NCBI GenBank assembly: GCA_030141605.1
Contig: JAQGDQ010000073.1
Location: forward strand, 248,001-312,000
Length of the DNA stretch: 64,000 nucleotides
Direction of reading: 5' to 3'
From: Tubiluchus corallicola
Taxonomy: Eukaryota; Animalia; Priapulida
Under the pieces are notes generated by a model. The model made no database searches. It was not told the DNA's origin and saw only the letters and a list, made by a program, of their open reading frames with translations. Both the position numbers and the translations under genes were made by a program. This document shows, in pieces, positions 55,801-64,000 of this stretch (position 1 is the stretch's first letter; each line of letters starts with the position of its first letter).

Positions 55801-58800
55801 AATGACACAGCTTATGGAATAGCTACTGTACATGATTTTAATCATCCCTGGTTTCAAACGCTTCTTATGTTCACAGGTAAATTGTTCCTTTTACATTTGT
55901 TTCTTTAAGTAAACAGTGACATTGCTTTTAAAATATGATGGAACAGGATTAGCATTACTTCACAATTTAAGTGGGATTACTAGTACAAGATTTTGCATCA
56001 CTTGAAGGGTGAAATTGCTTTACTATTTGTTTAACATGTATTATCTGTTAGTTAATCATCAATTATCTGCAGCTTGCTAAACCATCTATCAGATTCGTTA
56101 GAAATAAACTGTTATACAAGCAATAATTTATGTAGTTTGTGCTACTTTAAAAGTCTGCACAATTTGCTTGGGTCACCTTGTGGCCTGTCAATTTTTTTAA
56201 GGACTTAAAGGGAGACATGAACATTTTTCATGTACTACCCCATTTTCAAGTATGATCAAAAGTATACTATAACACCAATTTAACTTTAAAAGTGTTTTCT
56301 AATAGTTAGCATTTTTCATGTACTACCTGATTTTCAAGTATGATCAAAAGTATACTATAACACCACTTTAACTTTAAAAGTGTTTCTAATAGTTAACATT
56401 TTTCATGTACTACCCCATTTTCAAGTATGATCAAAAGTATACTATAACACAAATTTAACTTTAAAAGCATTTCTAATAGTTAACTAATAGATTAAAGCAG
56501 TGGTTTTTCAACCTTTCTCTGATGGGGACCCAATTGCCTCAACTGCCCATGCTGCACGACCTCAACTATTATTCGCTCAGGGTAATCGCCCAAGCACAGC
56601 AGAATAATTCAACCATTCAAAACTAACTTTGATACTAATTAAGGAGACCACTGACAAATATTTACTTTAAAATGTCTTACAAAAGTTGTTTAAATAATAA
56701 CAGTTGGTTAAAAGCAAGATTCTGTGCAGTTTTATGCAGTAGAGAAGGTTGAGTTTGCTTTTCAGAGACCAACTTCCTAATTCGAGGTGAGGTAGCTACC
56801 AGTGCCAGAATCATATCGTGTTCCAATTGTAATTGATTTCTGTATTTGTTTTTGACAACTACCATAGTAGGTAATGACTGTTCGCATAAGTAAGATGAAG
56901 GATGAATCATCAAAACTTTGATGAAATGTCTTGCCAAGGTTGGGTATGAAGGGAACATTTTAAGCCAGAATCATGGCAGTGAAAGGGACTGTGCAAGAAC
57001 CTTCGCTCCTTTATCTTGCTGCAGCTGGACAAGCTCTTCCGAGCGATATCCTTCTCAGCAGAAAGTGGGTTATGTGGAGCTTTGAAAGGGTCATGTTACA
57101 CTACAAAAAACTGCACATCCAGCTCAGGAAAGTACAGTATTCAAACTTGTTATTTTGCAAGAAAATTGGCAACTTCACTATGTTTGCATTGCGAGATTTC
57201 TGAATGCTCTTTTGGACAAGCAACAGGGTGAAACGTTTAGCAGCCACTTTTTCTTTTAGTAATTTTAAGGTTGCCAGACATTCACTCACTTTATCTTTTG
57301 AGTGTAGGGAAGTTACTGAAATAGTACAATTTTTTTTTACATAACAAACAAATGCCCCACAAAATTCCCTTTCGGGGTTCGTGACCCTAAGGTTGAAAAA
57401 CCACTAATTAAAATCTTAATTAACGTTGAGCCCAACTGCTGATGATAAACATAATTTTCAACAGCAAAAGTATTCCATGAGTGTGTTTCACATGTTTGTG
57501 GCAGCGAAGATTGAAGTACGGTGGTACTGTAAGAGATTCAGTGTGTTCTACTAAAACTTGGCAAGTTTTAAGATAAATTTTAAATTTACTGCCGTGCTCA
57601 CGCATGAACTTTCAAACGTGTGTACCACAAACAAACACCTAAATTGAGAGGTGCAGCACCTGTTTTTTGTGTTCCTAAATACAGGGGCTAGTGCCCATCT
57701 AACTAACAAATGGCAAAATACACGTAACAGCAAAAAACTAGTGGTGTGAACTCGAAATTGCATTTGCGTTGTACTAATTCGTTCACATAAATCATTTTTG
57801 GAAAAAATGCTGTTTTCCCTTTCAATATTTTAAAGAGTAGATTATTTTGACCTACAGTTTAATATTGTTTAAATTATTTTATAGGAGAGATGCTGTGTCT
57901 GTTCGGTTTATTCTTTGTTAAGCCTTACCGTCAACGAGTGCCCACCAAACAGATAAATGTAAGTTCTTTGCTTTCTCCTGTTATTTGTAATATAGTTAAA
58001 GCTGATGTCATATTTGTTTTACACTAGAAACAGCTGCATCACTCAATGCCTTTATGGTATAAAGATTGTCCGTAAGACCCAAACTGCCCTTTGTTCGCTT
58101 TCTTGTTGATATCAAACTGTTAGTTTGGCATATTAAATTTGGCGTATTTATACTACTGAATTTTATGTAGCAGAACTGTTATTTACTATAGGACGGATAT
58201 TATAGTTACTATATTAACTTTGTGTGGCTAATATTGTTAATAATAGAATTAGCTGTTTCTGAGAAATACGAATAGCTAATGAGCAACTAATAGTGTTTAG
58301 TTAGCCCAAATATTTTGCTTTTTAGAAATATGGAGCAACGTCAAATTCATCAGTTGATAAACCACTACCTGTACAGCATAATACCAGGTAAAAACAATAA
58401 TTAACTATACAGTCTTTGATAGGGCTTGTGCAATGACACTAACATATGTGCACATAGAACAATGAGAATGAACTTTTCACAAGATCACATTCTTAAGGTA
58501 GGATTCCATGAGCAGGCTATGCGTATGTGATCCGTTGCGCATGACACATATTGACGGTGAATATTGTGAATTTCCACTTCTGTGTACTAACAAAGCTCAT
58601 GCCAATCTTTCTGCCATTTTTGATTGCTGTTCGTAAAAAATGGAAATAATTATTTTGGAAGCCATGTCTTTATCAACATTTTAATGCAACTGTGATCAAG
58701 AAATAATAAACTGTGATCAAGAAATAATCACTTTAGTGGCATTAGCTATCATTGTACTTCCAAATGGAAAAATTTGAAAGAAAGCACGGATTTTTGGGTG

Positions 58801-61800
58801 CATAACGTTTTGCAGCAGGGAGAACAATACAGCATGCATCACTACTTAGTGAAGGAATTACACAGGGTATAGGTTAGGAAGTTACCAAAACTCACATGAC
58901 CAGGAAGCCAGTCGTCATCAAAATTGGTAACCAGAAACTAGAAAACTCGCTAAATCACGTAGGCAATGACAGTTTCCCATCTGCGTAGCTGCGTGATGGG
59001 TACTTCGGTTTATAGCAATCACACATCCATCAGTACTTTGTGCAGTACATGGAAACACTTCCACATATTTAAATACAAACTGTTTTATATGTACAGTACA
59101 TCGTGGATCACGCATTATACATTATGCATACATGGAGTTCTACCTTTAAACTAGCATTTTTATTTTGCGTTCACTGACTTGGCACCCTTGTCAAGACATG
59201 TGCAGTGACAGCATGCATTTAGCTGCTGAATTAATCACTTTCATACTAAGAAAGATTTTCATAAAAGCATGTGAATAATGCCTGTGTTTGTTTTTAACGA
59301 ATCAATGGGCATGGCTGAATGAATGGCTTTTTGATGAATGAAGCCTTAATTGGATAAAACTGTTCTTGAGTCTCTCCATTCTGCATTTCGGTAAGGGGTA
59401 TTTGAGCACTTAGCATGTGAAATACCCTTTACCTAAATGCAGAACAGAGAGGTTCAAGACAGTTTTATCGCATACTGCTTATTAAATTTTCAGTCATTGA
59501 TTCAAACTCATAACATATATGAATACAATGTGACTGGAAATAACCCCAAATTCTGTTCCCAAACCTTAAATAAGCAAAAAATCAAACATCATAACGTGAT
59601 CTAGTATTCTCAATTTGTTTTTTAAATGGTTTCCAAAATCATAGATTAAAGATAAAACATCTTTACATAGACCATGTTGCTGTTTTATGGCTGTCTATTA
59701 CTCCAGGCCCTTTTCCTTGCCTCGTTTATTTTGCCACTGTGCCTGAGCTCATGGTACCAATTCAAACACAATAGCCCTGTGCTGAAAAATTAACTTTAGT
59801 AAGCTAAATTTTGAATGCTAAATATTAAGTTCTGATTGTTAGATGTGTCCCATTTTACGAGGTCTTTCAATTTTATTTAAAACCAATTATTATTAGTTGT
59901 GTGGTAATGATTAATTAGCAATTGTTTATCAAGTGATCAATAAAAGTTCAGCATTGCTAGTACTGTCCTATGTCTTTCACATCATCTGTCGGGAAAATCT
60001 CCAAAGGTTTCCCACTCTATTAGCAAGTGATCCACTTTTTTGGTCCACTTACTAATTTTATCACGTAATTGTTGATTTGTGCAATTGATTGCACAATATC
60101 CATCAAGGTTTTTTCCGTTAAGACACATTTACTAATGGCTAGAAATATTTTTTTGTTCTGATACAAAGAAAGGATTATGGCACTTTCGTTAGCATAGACT
60201 TTGTTTCAGAATAATTCAACTTATTCTACTTTTACCCACCATTTGTGACTTAATTGCGACGTCGTTTAGTGGAATTGCGCTGGTTTATCTGAACTTGTCT
60301 GTGAAGCAGATATTGAGAGGCTCCAATATTATTTTCACGGGTATTTTATCTGTAAGTGTTTTGCCTATTGTTTAGAAATGGCTATTTCATTTATAGGTTT
60401 TTTCTTATTGTATTAAAGTGGTTAGATCTACCAACTGTTCATTTATTTAACTGAGTATTATTTCAGAATAATTCAGCTTGTTCTAGTTTTGCCCACCATG
60501 TGTGATTTAATTGCAACCTCTTTCTCCGGAATTGCATTGGTTTTTCTCAACGTGTCTGTGACTCAGATAATAAGGGGCTCCAATATTGTCTTCACGGGTA
60601 TTTTATCTGTAAGTTTTTGGTTTGTTTCTCGTTATTTGGGTAATTTTGTTTTCAGCAAATTTGTCAGTAATTGTTTAATTAACTGGTAACAGAACACTGT
60701 AAAATTTTGGTACAGAGCAGTAGTGCCCATGGTGGAGGGATATTCTAAAATTTACTGGGAAGATTTTGCAGAACTTTAATACAGGAACCTTTATTGTATG
60801 GCTACCTGGAGACATTTTTCTAATTATAATCTAAGAAAACTAAAAGTGGTTAGCAATGTTTCAATCAGGAAATTTCTTGGGTGCTCCTATGACAGCAGTG
60901 CGAGACTAATAAGAACCAACCTTAATCTAATATTTTTTGACATGATACACTGTAAACATGCGTGAAACTTGTTTGTTAGAATGGAACAAAGTGATAACTA
61001 TGTTTGTAAAGATATTGCTAAAAGTGATGCATGATTTACTTCAGAAATTAGATGCATGTGGCGCAAGACTCAGTTCAGTTATATATTTTTTAGGAATGTG
61101 CAGCTATAGCTTTTCTTATAGCATATAATCTCATTATGTTAGAGATTTATATTTTTTGCATGTGTGTGTTTATTTATTTATTTATTTATTATTGTCCTTA
61201 ATTTTTTGTATTCTTTGTGTGTTTGTATTTGTAATTTATGTTGTCTTTTTTGCCATGAACTTATGTTTGAAATAAAGTATTAAATCAAATCAAATGCAAG
61301 ACTACTAATAAGTTTTATAAAATGTTACTAAGGAATATAAATACAAATGTAACAAGACTAGTAAATGTGCCAACATAATTTACTTGCAAAGTGTTTACTT
61401 TGAAGTCCAGTATCTATGTTTCAAAGAATAAATAATCTGTGTTATTATTAAAATTTCTTGATATCTTGTGTATGTTTTTCTCTACATCATTAGAAACAAT
61501 AAGCACTAGTATTTGTGTTTTGATTTTTTTCATAGACTTTTTTGAACACGTACATGATGTTACTTTAATTTTGTTTCTTAGAGGATATTTCTCAAACGTC
61601 AACTGCATTGGTTCCATTGGCTTGGCATGTTACTGGCTGTACTCGGAATAGCTGTGGTTGGGTTATCTAGTATTTTTAATGTAACCAACATGCACAGGTC
61701 TTCTGAAACTGCCATAGGTATATAATTACGTGCAAGTTACAATTAATATCATATACAATAAAGTTTTGTTCTCACGTGTTAATTGTTAGACATGAGGCGT

Positions 61801-63305
61801 ACTTTGTGAAATTGTGAGACCAGGGTCTCTTCTACCATTAGGCAAACTAGACGGTTACTCGGAGTGCCAATATCTGGAAGTATTTCTTTAATTTATAATT
61901 TAGCCTAAGTAATAACATAGTGCACACTAATTATTTAAAGTAAACTAGTTACATTATTTTCCCATCAAAATTTATGATTCATGGATGCTAGGAGTGTCTT
62001 TCTGCAACAAAACACTTTCAACTTTTGCTTTGTCTGGTTTTCGAAGATTACATCATTTCATGCAAACATTAATTACTGAAGAGTTTCTCTGTTTTTGCCT
62101 ACAATTTCTATTGTATTCATATAGAGCAGCAAAGCTATGTAAGTGTTTATAGTAATGGGCCTTCCATTAATAAAAAAAATTCTTATGCTAGCATTTAATT
62201 AATTATGTTAGATAAGCCCATAAGAATCGAAGTCTTCGAGAGCGGAACACAGGAAAAAAAACGTAAAAAGGGTGTGGCAACAATGAACAGCAAAAAGATT
62301 TGCCAGTGGAGTATTTACAACTAGGACAAAGTTACGGATGAATCTAGTGAAATGGATGTTGTTAGGGTTTCAAAAATTTTGTGATGGAAAAGCTAAGGGA
62401 AAATCTAGATAAGAATAACTATGTTCTTGAAGACCCATGACATACAACCGTGGTCATAAATTCAATCAACACAATCTGTAGATAGGTAATTGACTACACT
62501 TAATTATTAGTGTATAATGCATGTACATGTATCATAAGCCTCACACACAGGTACTATTTATACTTTATTATGTGATTATTTATTATTTTTAATAATACTA
62601 TTAAATAATAATACTACTAAAGTATTATTAATAATACTTTATTATTACAATTGAATGTTATTGCCTGGTGCCTATTACACATTTCTGCCTATTGCGTAAA
62701 ATTACTTAGAGGCGGCCCTGTGTAAGATATCTTACTTAGAGGTGTGAAACTTAAACTGGCCTTGCTGTTTGTGTCAGCCTATTCAAAGTTAGTTGTGATT
62801 TTTGTGCTAAAATTCGAGCTGAAATATTAGTCAAAATGAGAAAAAATAATAATTATCCTCCTAAGCTACTTTAAATTTCATCTGTAATGTTGTTATGATG
62901 TTTTTTCATTTTATTCTGCAGATTAAATGCCACAGTTCTATGTACAAATTCTTTCATTATAGTTTCCGTTAGTTTTTTGTGGAAAATGTTTCCTTTAAAC
63001 AGATCATTTCCGTAAGTCAATTACTGACTGGTATTATAATTTTATACCTGCCTTTGGCAATTTTGATGATAAAAATAATAGTAATTTTTTGCCGAAGGTA
63101 ATTTACATTTTCACCTAAAAACCTCTTTCTATTTTTTTAAAGACAAGTTTTCTTCTTGTTTTCAGGTATTTTGTTTGCTCTCATGAGTAACGTTATAAGT
63201 GCTTCACAGCAGATAATAGAGGAGACTTTTTTGAAAAAGAGGTGCCTTCACCCTTTACATGTTGTGGGAATGGAAGGATTCTTCGGTGTTCTCTTGATGA
63301 GCCTG
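52814..63305 (+). CDS. SLC35F6: SLC35F6-like (TANGO9/C2orf18) nucleotide-sugar-transporter-family protein, 5' part, continuing beyond the window
   Basis: Exons 52814-52908, 55785-55876, 57885-57958, 58326-58387, [60210-60351 or 60467-60608], 61582-61717, 63166-~63305 join in frame. Motifs [21 protein letters not shown], LPTxCDLIATS, QIxRGSNIxFTGILS, [38 protein letters not shown]. Divergent, so possibly a paralog. Confidence 0.88.
53030..53975 (+). mobile_element. Decayed CR1-like LINE RT fragment in SLC35F6 intron 1
   Basis: Frameshifted pieces [54 protein letters not shown]. Confidence 0.9.
56221..56483. repeat. Tandem repeat, ~88-bp unit x3
   Basis: catttttcatgtactacc..ttttcaagtatgatcaaaagtatactataacac...ctaatagtta starts near 56221, 56309 and 56396. 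Confidence 0.95.
56498..57406 (-). mobile_element. Internally deleted hAT (Buster/Charlie-type) DNA transposon
   Basis: TIRs cagtggtttttcaacctt / aaggttgaaaaaccacta. Minus-strand C-terminal dimerisation remnant YPTLA...SSYLCEQ...[11 protein letters not shown]...KQTQPS. Confidence 0.88.
58496..59145 (+). mobile_element. Non-autonomous PIF/Harbinger-like element
   Basis: TIRs aggtaggattccatg / catggagttctacct with TTA on both flanks. Internal [22 protein letters not shown] (58795-58860) resembles Harbinger transposase N-termini. Confidence 0.7.
59353..59469. repeat. Fold-back hairpin, ~50-bp stem with short loop
   Basis: gataaaactgttcttgagtctctccattctgcatttcggtaaggggtattt pairs with aaataccctttacctaaatgcagaacagagaggttcaagacagttttatc. 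Confidence 0.9.
60210..60351 (+). CDS. SLC35F6-like duplicated exon, copy A
   Basis: tttcag acceptor, gtaagt donor, 142 nt, open frame [47 protein letters not shown]. Confidence 0.85.
60467..60608 (+). CDS. SLC35F6-like duplicated exon, copy B
   Basis: tttcag acceptor, gtaagt donor, 142 nt, open frame [47 protein letters not shown]. Confidence 0.85.
61071..61294 (+). mobile_element. Short retroposon 3'-end insertion
   Basis: T-rich body ending in aataaa and (aaatc)n, flanked by direct repeat gcaagact at 61063-61070 and 61295-61302. Confidence 0.55.
61821..62720. mobile_element. hAT-like MITE
   Basis: Ends cagggtctcttcta / tagaggcggccctg are imperfect TIRs. The 8-bp flanks tgtgagac / tgtaagat match at 6 of 8 positions. 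Confidence 0.6.
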
Positions 63306-63648
63306 GTGTGTTAGAGGATTATTGAGTTCCTCTTTCTTTTATTGAGTTATTTTGCAACAGAATGTCCAAAAGACTTTTTTAATGAAATAATTTTCTTTAT
63401 ATGCTGTTCGCATTTGATTAAAATGTTCCAGTGGGACACAACAAAGAGCTCTGAAGAAATTATTAGTGGACATAAACAGACTGTCACTTCAGAAAAACAT
63501 ACATGTTTTAATAGCATGTTATCAGGTTCTAAATCTTAAGTGGTTGGTAATTGTAGACAACTAAGCCTTTATGCACAGTGTTGTATTCTGAATTGCATTT
63601 TTAGTTGCTTTGAGTTATGCATCACTTTTCTTAATAACTATCTTCCAT

Positions 63649-63770
63649 TTTCTGTAAAATGTGTTTATAAGCTGAAGTATTGTCAGCAGTTTACTTCTTT
63701 TTGGGCTAACACTACTTACCACTTTCTGTAAAATGTGTTTATACTATGAGCTACTGTCAGCAGTTTACTG
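63649..63770. repeat. Degenerate tandem duplication (~75-bp period)
   Basis: tttctgtaaaatgtgtttata...tgtcagcagtttact occurs twice. Confidence 0.75.
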
Positions 63771-64000
63771 GTTTTCTGGCTTACCTGGATACCCCTTATA
63801 GTGCAGTTCCAGACAAAAATGCTAAATATAATTCTTGATCCAGTTACCACTGTTGTTCTATCAGCATATTTAATCATCTCCTTGCCATTAGAATACAAAA
63901 AAACAGTGTCACTTACAATCAAGCTTGAAATGGTGCTCAAACTTGGAGTTACGATCGTATCAGAACGATTTTATATGCATGTGTATATAAAAAAGAAAAC

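Noticed and set aside
56221-56483. Regular repeats as a possible CRISPR array
   Set aside because: Head-to-tail 88-bp units with no unique spacers, in a eukaryotic intron with no cas genes.
56677-56958. ZBED5/Buster-like domesticated gene
   Set aside because: Only a degenerate C-terminal fragment between TIRs; a dead transposon.
1-64000. tRNA, rRNA or snoRNA genes
   Set aside because: None recognised by eye. tRNAscan-SE and Infernal/Rfam would be needed to exclude intronic snoRNAs.

Overview
AT-rich, intron-containing animal (probably invertebrate) nuclear DNA, not prokaryotic. The ORF track captures only exon fragments. Splicing by hand gives six genes: the 3' part of an NCOA4/ARA70-like ferritinophagy receptor (+), NUBP1 (-), a small three-exon ANAPC16 gene missed by the ORF track (-), ZDHHC6 (+), G3BP (-) and the 5' part of an SLC35F6-like transporter (+). 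Introns and spacers hold two near-identical 5'-truncated RTE-type LINEs, decayed CR1-like fragments, hAT and Harbinger derivatives, several MITEs and tandem repeats. Three observations stand out: (1) the NCOA4-like protein has about 5-7 copies of a motif matching the single human ferritin-heavy-chain-binding peptide; (2) ANAPC16 ends only 288 nt upstream of the NUBP1 ATG on the same strand with no AATAAA between them, suggesting a bicistronic or trans-spliced unit; (3) the SLC35F6-like gene has two intact tandem 142-nt exon duplicates that must be mutually exclusive. Family calls rest on motifs recalled from human proteins; no searches were run.
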